From Macrostomum lignano (taxonomy: Eukaryota), in assembly GCA_002269645.1 (NCBI GenBank), contig NIVC01000836.1, positions 1 to 64,000 on the forward strand: a stretch of DNA of 64,000 bases, read 5' to 3'. Below the pieces are notes generated by a model, which did not search any database, had not been told where the DNA came from, and was given only the letters and a program-made list of their open reading frames with translations. The position numbers were made by a program, and so were the translations under genes. This document shows positions 36,606-49,474 of the stretch, one piece after another. The first letter of the stretch is position 1, and each line of letters opens with the position of its first letter.

Positions 36606-37569
36606 GGTGAGAGAAGGCAGGACCACCCCTGCCTGTGTTGGTTGCTATGCTCAGCTCTGCCCCATTCATTTCGTTTTATATCCCATACCCTCACTCGGAC
36701 TCGGAATTCCTGTTGTTTAGTCTTTGTTGCCAGCGGCCCCTTCGCGGTGCCCGACACACTTTGGCGTCGAGCCAAAAGCACCGCTTTATCTCTGCTCACC
36801 AACCCCAATCTCATAGCTCAGGCTCCTCCTCAACTCGGTCCCGCAGGCTCAGAAATTCACGTCACATCATCAAACATCCCACACAAGCAGCTTTCCCACG
36901 GACAGCCCGCGGTCTTTTTGGCGGGCTTCCAGTTTAGTATCAGAGACAGACAGTTAGTGCAGTAAGTGATACTGCAATATGGCCCGCACTCCCCTTCCCG
37001 ATATCAACACATCCCTCCCTCACCCACTGAACTCCTTCAAGCTTTTTTCCCACGTTCTTTTCTTGGCAAGCCGACTGACTGACTGCATGGTATCTTTGTG
37101 TTGTTTACTGCCGACAGGCGGCGGTAGCAATATAAATATATCAGTGTATGAATGCAGGCATTATCTCTGTATAAGTATCAGATAAAGCTTGCCCGGCCTG
37201 GCCTTAAAAATCTTTTTAAAAAGCCACTATATTTCTGCGCTGTTGCTTTCACAAGAGCACGCGTGCCGCAACCGCCATCCCCTCACCGCGTCAAGAGGGG
37301 CTGAGACTCGAACTTGCCAAAAAGTTCCCATTACAGTGCGGTGTGGGATTGTTTTTCTAGGAAATAGATAAAAATAATATTATTCCCATGCTTAGTATTA
37401 TGGGGTTGGGGGTCCCGAGATTTCTAAACCAAGGATGCTTTATCAAATTTGCGCTGCCGAGCTGAGAAATTGACCTTAGATATCATTTTAATAACAGATG
37501 TGACCAAACAGCATTAAAATAATGCATGTAATGAACGAAACTGCTTATGACTGAACATGAGTCTGCTAT

Positions 37570-40300
37570 CTCTCTGATCTCTATTAGATCTCACTCTGAA
37601 CTCTATTAGATCTCACTCTGAACTCTATTAGATCTCACTCTGAACTCTATTAGATCTCACTCTGAACTCTATTAGATCTCACTCTGAACTCTATTAGATC
37701 TCACTCTGAACTCTATTAGATCTCACTCTGAACTCTATTAGATCTCACTCTGAACTCTATTAGATCTCACTCTGAACTCTATTAGATCTCACTCTGAACT
37801 CTATTAGATCTCACTCTGAACTCTATTAGATCTCACTCTGAACTCTATTAGATCTCACTCTGAACTCTATTAGATCTCACTCTGAACTCTATTAGATCTC
37901 ACTCTGAACTCTATTAGATCTCACTCTGAACTCTATTAGATCTCACTCTGAACTCTATTAGATCTCACTCTGAACTCTATTAGATCTCACTCTGAACTCT
38001 ATTAGATCTCACTCTGAACTCTATTAGATCTCACTCTGAACTCTATTAGATCTCACTCTGAACTCTATTAGATCTCACTCTGAACTCTATTAGATCTCAC
38101 TCTGAACTCTATAAGATCTCACTCTGAACTCTATTAGATCTCACTCTGAAGTCTATTAGATCTCACTCTGAACTCTATTAGATCTCACTCTGAACTCTAT
38201 TAGATCTCACTCTGAACTCTATTAGATCTCACTCTGAAGTCTATTAGATCTCACTCTGAACTCTATAAGATCTCACTCTGAACTCTATAAGATCTCACTC
38301 TGAACTCTATTAGATCTCACTCTGAAGTCTATTAGATCTCACTCTGAACTCTATTAGATCTCACTCTGAAGTCTATTAGATCTCACTCTGAACTCTATTA
38401 GATCTCACTATGAACTCTATTAGACCTCAATGATCTCTATTAGATATCACTCGGAATTCTATTAGATCTCACTCTGAACTCTATTAGATCTCACTCTGAA
38501 CTCTATTAGATCTCACTATGAACTCTATTAGATCTCACTCTGAAGTCTATTAGATCTCACTCTGAACTCTATTAGATCTCACTCTGAACTCTATTAGATC
38601 TCACTCTGAACTCTATTAGATTTCACTATGAACTCTATTAGATCTCACTCTGAACTCTATTAGATCTCACTCTGAACTCTATTAGATTTCACTATGAACT
38701 CTATTAGATCTCACTCTGAACTCTATTAGATCTCACTCTGAACTCTATTAGATCTCACTATGAACTCTATTAGATTTCACTCTGATCTCTATTAGATCTC
38801 ACTCTGAACTCTATTAGATCTCACTCTGAACTCTATTAGATTTCACTATGAACTCTATTAGATCTCACTCTGAACTCTATTAGATCTCACTCTGAACTCT
38901 ATTAGATCTCACTATGAACTCTATTAGATCTCACTATGAACTCTATTAGACCTCACTCTGAACTCTATTAGATCTCACTCTGAACTCTATTAGACCTCAC
39001 TCTGAACTCTATTAGATCTCACTCTGAACTCTATTAGATCTCACTCTGAACTCTATTAGATCTCACTCTGAACTCTATTAGATCTCACTATGAACTCTAT
39101 AAGATCTCACTCTGAACTCTATTAGATCTCACTCTGAACTCTATTAGATCTCACTATGAACTCTATTAGATCTCACTCTGAACTCTATTAGATCTCACTC
39201 TGAACTCTTTTAGATCTCACTCTGAACTCTATTAGATCTAACCCTGAACTCTATTAGACCTCACTCTGAACTCTATTAGATCTCACTCTGAACTCTATTA
39301 GATCTCACTATGAACTCTATTAGATCTCACCCTGAACTCTATTAGACCTCACTCTGAACTCTATTAGATCTCACTCTGAACTCTATTAGATCTCACTCTG
39401 AACTCTATTAGATCTCACTCTGAACTCTATTAGATCTCACTATGAACTCTATAAGATCTCACTCTGAACTCTATTAGATCTCACTCTGAACTCTATTAGA
39501 TCTCACTATGAACTCTATTAGATCTCACTCTGAACTCTATTAGATCTCACTCTGAACTCTTTTAGATCTCACTCTGAACTCTATTAGATCTCACCCTGAA
39601 CTCTATTAGACCTCACTCTGAACTCTATTAGATCTCACTCTGAACTCTATTAGATCTCACTATGAACTCTATTAGATCTCACCCTGAACTCTATTAGACC
39701 TCACTCTGAACTCTATTAGATCTCACTCTGAACTCTATTAGATCTCACTCTGAACTCTATTAGATCTCACTCTGAACTCTATTAGATCTCACTATGAACT
39801 CTATTAGATCTCACTCTGAACTCTATAAGATCTCACTCTGAACTCTATTAGATCTCACTCTGAACTCTATTAGATCTCACCCTGAACTCTATTAGACCTC
39901 ACTCTGAACTCTATTAGATCTCACCCTGAACTCTATTAGACCTCACTCTGAACTCTTTTAGATCTCACTCTGAACTCTATTAGATCTCACTCTGAACTCT
40001 ATTAGATCTCACTCTGAACTCTATTAGACCTCAATGATCTCTTTAGATCTCTCTGATCTCTATTAGATCTCTATGATCTCTATTAGATCTCACTCTGAAC
40101 TCTATTAGATCTCACTCTGAACTCTATTAGGTATCACTCGGAATTCTATTAGACCTCACTGATCTCTTTAGATCTCTCTGATCTCTATTAGATCTCTATG
40201 ATCTCTATTAGATCTCACTTTGAATTCTATTAGATCTCACTGCCCACTGATCACTATTAGCTCTCTCTCTGCTCGCAATTAGATCTCACTGATCTCTTTA
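37570..40300. repeat. 22-bp satellite
   Basis: Unit CTCTATTAGATCTCACTCTGAA, about 120 copies; the left part is invariant and the right end is degenerate. Confidence 0.98.
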
Positions 40301-40847
40301 AGTTTCTCTCCGCTATCTTCATCTCTCCTCTACTTGCCTTCTCAGTGTTTTAATTTCTTATTATTTCCCAGAATTTTTCTCTACTTTCTGTGTTTCGAAT
40401 CAACCCAGTCTCCTCTATTATCTTTCCTGGAAATTTTGCTCCTTTTGCGTGATGTGCTCGCAAATATGGTTATAGAAGCGATTATAGGAATGACCTTTTC
40501 TATTCCGAGCTTCATTCTTGACTCAAACAAAGAATTAGACAGGTTCGCACGTTTTCCGAATACTTTAATCGTCAAGGGGGATCTGAGCTTGGTCTGGGAT
40601 AAATCAAAGTCTAAGAATAGAATCTTATTAACAGGACGTGATTGACCGGTCGTTTTCACGGATCAAACGATAGAAAGAGGATGAAAGCAGCATACTGAGG
40701 ACTTGAGGGTTGAGCAAGAGCTCAATCAGATGGCTGCATCCTGTGTGTCACACTGCAAATTGCGACACCATGGTGAAAATCAGAAAAAAATTTATAGAAT
40801 ATTTCTAGATCGAACGAAAAAAAGCTGAGAAGATAAATACATTTTTG

Positions 40848-41478
40848 CAAAGTGTCCAGTTTGTGAATTGTCCAGTTTGTGAAGAGTCCAATCTGTGAAG
40901 TGTCCAGTTTGTGAAGTGTCCAGTTTGTGAAGTGTCCAGTTTGTGAAGTGTCCAGTTTGTGAAGAGTCCAGTTTGTGAAGAGTCCAGTTTGTGAAGTGTC
41001 CAGTTTGTGAAGTGTCCAGTTTGTGAAGTGTCCAGTTTGTGAAGTGTCCAGTTTGTGAAGAGTCCAGTTTGTGAAGAGTCCAGTTTGTGAAGAGTCCAAT
41101 CTGTGAAGAGTCCAGTTTGTGAAGAGTCCAGTTTGTGAGGTGTCCAGTTTGTGAAGAGTCCAGTTTGTGAAGAGTCCAGTTTGTGAAGAGTCCAGTTTGT
41201 GAAGTGTCCAGTTTGTGAAGTGTCCAGTTTGTGAAGTGTCCAGTTTGTGAAGTGTCCAGTTTGTGAAGAGTCCAGTTTGTGAAGAGTCCAGTTTGTGAAG
41301 AGTCCAATCTGTGAAGAGTCCAGTTTGTGAAGAGTCCAGTTTGTGAGGTGTCCAGTTTGTGAAGAGTCCAGTTTGTGAAGAGTCCAGTTTGTGAAGTGTC
41401 CAGTTTGTGAAGTGTCCAGTTTGTGAAGTGTCCAGTTTGTGAAGTGTCCAGTTTGTGAAATGTCTGTTTTGTGAAGCG
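40848..41478. repeat. 16-bp minisatellite
   Basis: Unit TCCAGTTTGTGAAG(T/A)G. Confidence 0.97.
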
Positions 41479-42034
41479 ACTCCCCCGAGGAAAAGTGGTG
41501 TGAGTTAATGAGGATGTAGAAGAAAGAAAAGCCTCAAAACAATAAAGCCCCTAGAAAGATCCCACAGCTTCAACTAAAGCAAAAAGAGCAGCTGAAATAA
41601 AAACTGAAAAAACGAACGCACTTTGAATTTTCCCACAGTCCGTCTGCGGGAGGGGAATTTACTTGTGCTTGCAGTAAATTGCACACAGGCCTGACAGTTT
41701 GTGATTCTCTTTATTGTGGAGTTTGCAGATGGAAGTTGCGAGGTCGTGAGAAAGGGGTACAAATAGCAGATGCTGCATTTGATCGCGCCATCATGCTTAA
41801 AAGTCCCGAACTCAGTTGTAAAACTCGAGTTCGAGCTTTGAAGATCTGTTTTTGAATAACAGAGGTAATGACCGCTGGCTCATATACAACATCGGGCGCA
41901 TAGGAGGTAGGAGGCTGGAGCTTAAATAATATAAAGTTACTATATATACATAGTATAATACTGTAGTATATTACTATCGTACATAAAGTTAATAAACTCA
42001 AAGAGGGGGCGGTGTGTTAAATTTGATGGGGTTG

Positions 42035-44420
42035 CTAGTAGAGGGTCATAGCGGGTGCCAAGTGGTAGTAGAGAGTCATAGCGGCTGGTAGTAGAGAGTC
42101 ATAGCGGCTGGTAGTAGAGAGTCATAGCGGGTGCCGGGTGGTAGTAGAGAGTCATAGCGGCTGGTAGTAGAGAGTCATAGCGAGTGCTAGTAGAGGGTCA
42201 TAGCGGCTGGTAGTAGAGGGTCATAGCGGCTGGTAGTAGAGGGTCATAGCGGCTGGTAGTAGAGGGTCATAGCGGGTGCCGGGTGGTAGTAGAGAGTCAT
42301 AGCGGTTGGTAGTAGAGAGTTATAGTGGGTGGTAGTAGAGAGTCATAGCGGTTGGTAGTAGAGAGTTATAGCGGTTGGTAGTAGAGAGTTATAGTGGGTG
42401 GTAGTAGAGAGTCATAGCGGTTGGTAGTAGAGAGTTATAGTGGGTGCTAGTAGAGGGTCATAGCGAGTGCTAGTAGAGTGCCATAGCGAGTGCTAGTAGA
42501 GGGTCATAGCGAGTGCTAGTAGAGGATCATAGCGGGGGCTAGTAGAGGGTCATAGCGGCTGGTAGTAGAGGGTCATAGCGGCTGGTAGTAGAGGGTCATA
42601 GCGGCTGGTAGTAGAGGGTCATAGCGGGTGCCGGGTGGTAGTAGAGAGTCATAGCGGTTGGTAGTAGAGAGTTATAGTGGGTGGTAGTAGAGAGTCATAG
42701 CGGTTGGTAGTAGAGAGTTATAGCGGTTGGTAGTAGAGAGTTATAGTGGGTGGTAGTAGAGAGTCATAGCGGGTGGTAGTAGAGGGTCATAGCGAGTGCT
42801 AGTAGAGGGTCATAGCGAGTGCTAGTAGAGTGCCATAGCGAGTGCTAGTAGAGGGTCATAGCGAGTGCTAGTAGAGGATCATAGCGGGGGCTAGTAGAGG
42901 GTCATAGCGGCTGGTAGTAGAGGGTCATAGCGGCTGGTAGTAGAGGGTCATAGCGGCTGGTAGTAGAGGGTCATAGCGGGTGCCGGGTGGTAGTAGAGAG
43001 TCATAGCGGTTGGTAGTAGAGAGTTATAGTGGGTGGTAGTAGAGAGTCATAGCGGTTGGTAGTAGAGAGTTATAGCGGTTGGTAGTAGAGAGTTATAGTG
43101 GGTGGTAGTAGAGAGTCATAGCGGGTGGTAGTAGAGGGTCATAGCGAGTGCTAGTAGAGGGTCATAGCGAGTGCTAGTAGAGTGCCATAGCGAGTGCTAG
43201 TAGAGGGTCATAGCGAGTGCTAGTAGAGGATCATAGCGGGGGCTAGTAGAGGGTCATAGCGAGTGCTAGTAGAGTGCCATAGCGAGTGCTAGTAGAGGGT
43301 CATAGCGAGTGCTAGTAGAGGGTCATAGCGAGTGCTAGTAGAGTGCCATAGCGAGTGCTAGTAGAGGGTCATAGCGAGTGCTAGTAGAGGATCATAGCGG
43401 GGGCTAGTAGAGGGTCATAGCGAGTGCTAGTAGAGTGCCATAGCGAGTGCTAGTAGAGGGTCATAGCGAGTGCTAGTAGAGGGTCATAGCGAGTGCTAGT
43501 AGAGTGCCATAGCGAGTGCTAGTAGAGGGTCATAGCGAGTGCTAGTAGAGGGTCATAGCGAGTGCTAGTAGAGGATCATAGCGGGGGCTAGTAGAGGGTC
43601 ATAGCGAGTGCTAGTAGAGTGCCATAGCGAGTGCTAGTAGAGGGTCATAGCGAGTGCTAGTAGAGGGTCATAGCGAGTGCTAGTAGAGTGCCATAGCGAG
43701 TGCTAGTAGAGGGTCATAGCGAGTGCTAGTAGAGGGTCATAGCGAGTGCTAGTAGAGGATCATAGCGGGGGCTAGTAGAGGGTCATAGCGAGTGCTAGTA
43801 GAGTGCCATAGCGAGTGCTAGTAGAGGGTCATAGCGAGTGCTAGTAGAGGGTCATAGCGAGTGCTAGTAGAGTGCCATAGCGAGTGCTAGTAGAGGGTCA
43901 TAGCGAGTGCTAGTAGAGGGTCATAGCGAGTGCTAGTAGAGGGTCATAGCGAGTGCTAATAGAGGGTCATAGCGAGTGCTAGTAGAGGGTCATAGCGAGT
44001 GCTAGTAGAGTGCCATAGCGAGTGCTAGTAGAGGGTCATAGCGAGTGCTAGTAGAGGGTCATAGCGAGTGCTAGTAGAGTGCCATAGCGAGTGCTAGTAG
44101 AGGGTCATAGCGAGTGCTAGTAGAGGGTCATAGCGAGTGCTAGTAGAGGATCATAGCGGGGGCTAGTAGAGGGTCATAGCGAGTGCTAGTAGAGTGCCAT
44201 AGCGAGTGCTAGTAGAGGGTCATAGCGAGTGCTAGTAGAGGGTCATAGCGAGTGCTAGTAGAGTGCCATAGCGAGTGCTAGTAGAGGGTCATAGCTAGTG
44301 CTAGTAGAGGGTCATAGCGAGTGCTAGTAGAGGGTCATAGCGAGTGCTAATAGAGGGTCATAGCGAGTGCTAGTAGAGGGTCATAGCGGGGGCTAGTAGA
44401 AGGTCATTGCGGGAGCTAGT
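42035..44420. repeat. 23-bp satellite with ~350-bp higher-order repeat
   Basis: Unit CTAGTAGAGGGTCATAGCGAGTG. The variant CGGGTGCCGGGTGG block recurs at about 42270, 42625 and 42977. Confidence 0.97.
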
Positions 44421-45639
44421 AGAGGGGCCATAAACACAACATCCGCAATACAAAAGATATCCCAATTCCCAACTGTAAAGTCCCAATCAACCTGAGCATT
44501 AGCCAAGACCTCTGCTCCTCCCCAAAAGCCTCGCAGTTTCAAATCAGACCCCTCTAAGGCAGGTGTTTTTCAACCGGTACCCAGGGCCCCCATACCGAAC
44601 CGATCCCTAAGCATGCATTCATTGCCATTTCGACTCCTCAAATTTAGCAAGCAAATCTGGATCAATTCTGGGCCAGTTCGTGTCCTGGCGCTGGTTGAAA
44701 CAGCTTGCAAAATTTTAGGATTTGGGATAATATATTTTTTAAACGTAAATCCTCATTCTCAAGCCCACATTTTAAAGCCCCCCAATCATTGTTGCTTCAT
44801 TGTTGATCGGGTAGATGAGCCTACAGTCTAACACCAGGCAATCAATCTCCCCCTACGCCTCTTTCCCGCAATAGCAGTTGCAGCTGTCCCAGCTGCAAAT
44901 CCGCCTGCTAAACTGCTGTAGATAAGTTTTGGGAGTAGAGAATGGAGTTTAGAAAAAATCCCCGTTTCAAATGAGGGTCCAAGACTGGACGCGGGGGGAG
45001 GGAAGAGAGTGAGAGTCAGGTAGTGTGCGGGCTGCAGAAGAGAATTAATCAGAATGACGGTGAATGGCGGCAGCTGCACCGAGGTGGGCCGCGGCTGCAG
45101 ATGTTTCCTGCAGCTGACGACAGCAAAGTAGAACGGAGGAGAGCTGGGCACGAGCTGCTGCCGCTGCCCAGATCCCCCCGATCGAGCACGGACCCCCATA
45201 GTCCGCCCGCAGCCTTGTTGGTCTCCCTCGCCTGTTGCAGCTGCTGCCGCCGCGGCAGGAGGGGAGAGGAGGCTGCTCAATGACTTCCACAGCTGCGGAT
45301 GAGCTAACCGAAGCCTCTTATAAACCCTCCACCCACCTCACCGCCTTGTCTGTCTGTCTGAATATGTCTTCCACTTATTCTCCGGTTTTGTGTACACAGT
45401 TGCGATCGGGGGCGGCAGTGCTCGCGTTCACACGGGGCTGAGTCAAGGACTCCTAAAAACCAAACTTCTGGGAGTGGTTTTTCTCATGAAACTTTTTTGT
45501 AGAAATCTGAATAAATTCTCCCAATAGTTTGGTTAAAAATATCATAGCTTAACAAGATTTTTTTTAAAATTGCGTCAATTTTTTATTCTAGATGCCAAGT
45601 AGGATACAAAGAAGTCGTTTCGTTTTGAGATTTTAGCTT

Positions 45640-46562
45640 GTGCCACTTTAGCGCGCCGCAGTTGAGATTTTAGCGCCATTCTAGCGCCGCAGTTGAGATT
45701 TTAGCGCCATTCTAGCGCCGCAGTTGAGATTTTAGCGCCACTCTAGCGCCGCAGTTGAGATTTTAGCGCCACTTTAGCGCCGCAGTTGAGATTTTAGCGC
45801 CACTCTAGCGCTAGATTTTAGCGCCACTCTAGCGCCGCAGTTGAGATTTTAGCGCCACTTTAGCGCCGCAGTTGAGATTTTAGCGCCACTCTAGCGCTAG
45901 ATTTTAGCGCCACTCTAGCGCCGCAGTTGAGATTTTAGCGCCACTCTAGCGCCGCAGTTGAGATTTTAGTGCCACTCTAGTGCCGCAGTTGAGATTTTAG
46001 CGCCACTCTAGTGCCGCAGTTGAGATTTTAGCGCCACTCTAGTGCCGCAGTTGAGATTTTAGCACCACTCTAGCGCCGCAGTTGAGATTTTAGTGCCACT
46101 CTAGTGCCGCAGTTGAGATTTTAGCGCCACTCTAGTGCCGCAGTTGAGATTTTAGCGCCACTCTAGTGCCGCAGTTGAGATTTTAGCGCCACTCTAGTGC
46201 CGCAGTTGAGATTTTAGCACCACTCTAGAGCCGCAGTTGAGATTTTAGCGCCACTCTAGAGCCGCAGTTGAGATTTTAGCGCCACTCTAGAGCCGCAGTT
46301 GAGATTTTAGCGCCACTCTAGAGCCGCAGTTGAGATTTTAGCGCCGTAGTTGAGATTTTAGCGCCACTCTAGAGCCGCAGTTGAGATTTTAGCGCCGCAG
46401 TTGAGATTTTAGCGCCACTCTAGAGCCGCAGTTGAGATTTTAGCGCCACTCTAGTGCCGCAGTTGAGATTTTAGCGCCACTCTAGAGCCGCAGTTGAGAT
46501 TTTAGCGCCGTAGTTGATATTTTAGCGCCACTCTAGTGCCGCAGTTGAGAATTTAGCGCTAC
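45640..46562. repeat. 31-bp minisatellite
   Basis: Unit CAGTTGAGATTTTAGCGCCACTCTAGCGCCG. Confidence 0.97.
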
Positions 46563-47744
46563 AGTTGCTGCGCTATTTCGGATTTTCAGGAAGAGTTGGC
46601 AATCCAGATTCTCCCTCTAAGATCGCTTTGACTCCGGTGAGTTAGGGATGAAGTTATTATCCCCCCCCCTAGGAGGGGAGAGGAATCCCCGGAGCCGCCC
46701 CTATTTTTCATTGTGCCCCGAGCTCCCTGGGAAACAGCTGCAGTTGTTAAACACAATCGGCCTTTAGTTGGTAAGGACTGGGGCGGGCGGGCCTTCGTCT
46801 CCACTTAATTACCCAGCAGAAGAGCGGATGGCCCACTCCTGCTCAAGTGACCCCCGGGTAGAAGGGAAGCTTACTCAACAGCTATCACGCCTTCAGCAGA
46901 CTGGCGGGCCATCTCCCAACCCCAGTTCAATAAGAAATTTTCACCTGTTTGCTCAGGCTGCAAACCTTTACAGCAAAGCATTATTGAGCCCCATATTGGT
47001 ATCCTGTTACTTCCGACTTCCTTATGTGCTCAAGCGAGCCACTCCACTGCCTGCTTCAGGCCGCGGTGTCTCTCTCTAGTTTTGAAAGTTAGGAGCGCGC
47101 CACGCTTCGCTGTCAAGCTGATTCGATCCGATTCCGTGTGTGATCAGCGGGCCAAAATATTCCCAGGGCATCCGTTTGCGCCCGAGCTGCAAGAGGCTTT
47201 GATCTATTTTTAGCATCGCTTCAATTCGTGTCAATAATTGCCTTCATTGAATCATCGTAGGAATGACTAGGGGGGGGGGGGTTCAGGGGGTGGAGGCGGC
47301 AGCAGACAACCGTAAACTTACTGCGTATTCGACTGAAGTTCCCATATGAATGTAGATAATGTGTCGCTTTCATACCTTTGGAATAATTTTTTTTATTGAT
47401 AATCGATATTGTTTTTTTAATTTGATCTTTTCGGGGAAAGCAAAATGGTGCAGATAGCCGCGGATAGGGGGCGGATAGGAGGCGGATAGGGGGCGGGGGT
47501 AGGGGCGGATAGAGAAGCGGAAGGCGGATAGACGCCGGTTTGTTGCGGATAGATTTTTAGTTTAATAGCGGAGCGGATATAGGGGGCAGACAGAGGAGCG
47601 GATGCGCTCTCGATAGTCGGGATAAATATTTGCCGTATAGTCAACACAGAAAGCGTATGTAGATTATAAGTTATAAGTAAATTGGAATTCAAAATTCAAA
47701 TATTGAACTACCTTTTAGCTGGTTTCCTGAAGGCGTTTTAAAAG

Positions 47745-48298
47745 CTCGAAACTTCTCAAGCTCAAAACTTCACAATCTTGAAGCTTCACAAGTTCGAAAC
47801 TTCACAATCTTAAAACTTCGCAAGTTCGAAACTTCACAATCTTGAAGCTTCACAAGTTCGAAACTTCACAATCTTGAAGCTTCACAAGTTCGAAACTTCA
47901 CAATCTTGAAGCTTCACAAGTTTGAAACTTCACAATCTTGAAGCTTCACAAGTTCGAAAGTTCACAATCTTGAAGCTTCACAAGTTCGAAAGTTCACAAT
48001 CTTGAAGCTTCACAAGTTCGAAAGTTCACAATCTTGAAGCTTCACAAGTTTGAAAGTTCACAATCTTGAAGCTTCACAAGTTTGAAACTTCACAATCTTG
48101 AAGCTTCACAAGTTCGAAACTTCACAATCTTAAAACTTCGCAAGTTCGAAACTTCACAATCTTGAAGCTTCACAAGTTCGAAACTTCACAATCTTGAAGC
48201 TTCACAAGTTCGAAAGTTCACAATCTTGAAGCTTCACAAGTTTGAAAGTTCACAATCTTGAAGCTTCACAAGTTTGAAAGTTCACAATCTCGAAACTT
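47745..48298. repeat. 32-bp (2x16) minisatellite
   Basis: Unit AACTTCACAATCTTGAAGCTTCACAAGTTCGA. Confidence 0.96.
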
Positions 48299-48728
48299 GG
48301 CATCGGTCTACTAAGATCTTGCTAGTAGCCACTTCTGCTAGCTCAAAATTTAAAAGAATTTAACGAAGGGAAATCTCAAGGTTTTAAGAAGAACCCAGTA
48401 GCAGGGTTAAATGATTAAGTCATCAAGTTGTTTCACTTCAATTTTACAGCTTCCGCAAATTTTCAAACTTGCGTGTTAGGCTTGTTGTTAAATTACAACA
48501 ATCAAGTGAAACAGTTTTTTTTTGCTTGCGCTTTTGCATTCTAATGACAGACTACTGATAGTAGCTATAAAAGCAATTATAATAATTTGCTTACTAACAG
48601 TAGCAGAAAACAATATCGTAAAAATTATATACAAGTCCCAGTGACCGCCCCCATTCTCACAAGGGACAGCCTCTTTAGATATACTACTTATTAATGAGTA
48701 GTTAGTTTAACAACAAAAGGAGCGCCCG

Positions 48729-49379
48729 TCACTTGACACCGAAGCCCTTGAAGCCGAACAGTTTCTCGATATCTGCCTGGCCATCCGCGTCGCCGTCGTC
48801 GTCACCGTCGACGTCGCCGCCGCCACCACCGGCAGCGCCGGACGACGAAGCGGCGGCTTTCTCCTCTTTGCGCCGGCGTTTCCGCTCTTTCCTAGCCCGC
48901 TTGGCCCGCTCCTCGGCGGCCTCGGCCTCTTTCACGCGATCCTCAAAGCTGTAGGCCTTCTCCTCGGCCTCTTGGCGCCGCTTCAAGCTGCTGAACTTCG
49001 ATTTCACATCGTCCAGGGTGGCGCGCTTTACTCGCATCGACATGCCGAGATTGCGCTGATGCTTCTTGCCGTTGATGTGGTCGAGGAAATTAATTGAGTC
49101 TTTCACTACACAGTCGCACACGTTGCAATAATAGCCAGCGTCAGCTGACGGCTTGTTGCTGGTCTTATTGATCACCACCGACCTGTTCAGGTTGGCCTCG
49201 AGGTTCGGCGTCTCCAGTCTGGGCCGCAGCTCTTCGCGTTTCACGGCGGCGCCGCTACCGCCGGCCCGGGACCTGGCGCCGCCGCCGGAAGAGCGCGAAT
49301 CGCGAAGTTCATCAATTTCGCGCGACACCCGCTCCTGGGCGAGCCGCTCGAACTCGTCCCGGTCCCACTTGCGCCTGTG
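48729..49379 (-). CDS. ZMAT2: Zinc finger matrin-type protein 2 (U4/U6.U5 component Snu23); start codon or first exon not resolved
   Basis: HRRKWDRDEFERLA...GYYCNVCDCVVKDSINFLDHINGKKHQRNLGMSMRV...FGFKGFG closely matches the ZMAT2 signature. The open frame extends 5' of the supplied ORF; there is a candidate acceptor CAG at 49375-49377. Confidence 0.95.
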   Translation of the reverse strand, partial: HRRKWDRDEFERLAQERVSREIDELRDSRSSGGGARSRAGGSGAAVKREELRPRLETPNLEANLNRSVVINKTSNKPSADAGYYCNVCDCVVKDSINFLDHINGKKHQRNLGMSMRVKRATLDDVKSKFSSLKRRQEAEEKAYSFEDRVKEAEAAEERAKRARKERKRRRKEEKAAASSSGAAGGGGGDVDGDDDGDADGQADIEKLFGFKGFGVK

Positions 49380-49474
49380 ATCGGACAGGAATGGCGGAGT
49401 TGAGCGGCTGCTTGTTGGACAGCTGTCCCAGTTACTAAGGATGGGAATGGCTGGCCCAGTCAGGGAGGGGCGGC

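Noticed and set aside
44560-44580. hAT-like terminus CAGGTGTTTTTCAACCGG
   Set aside because: I found no matching inverted partner or 8-bp TSD in the window.
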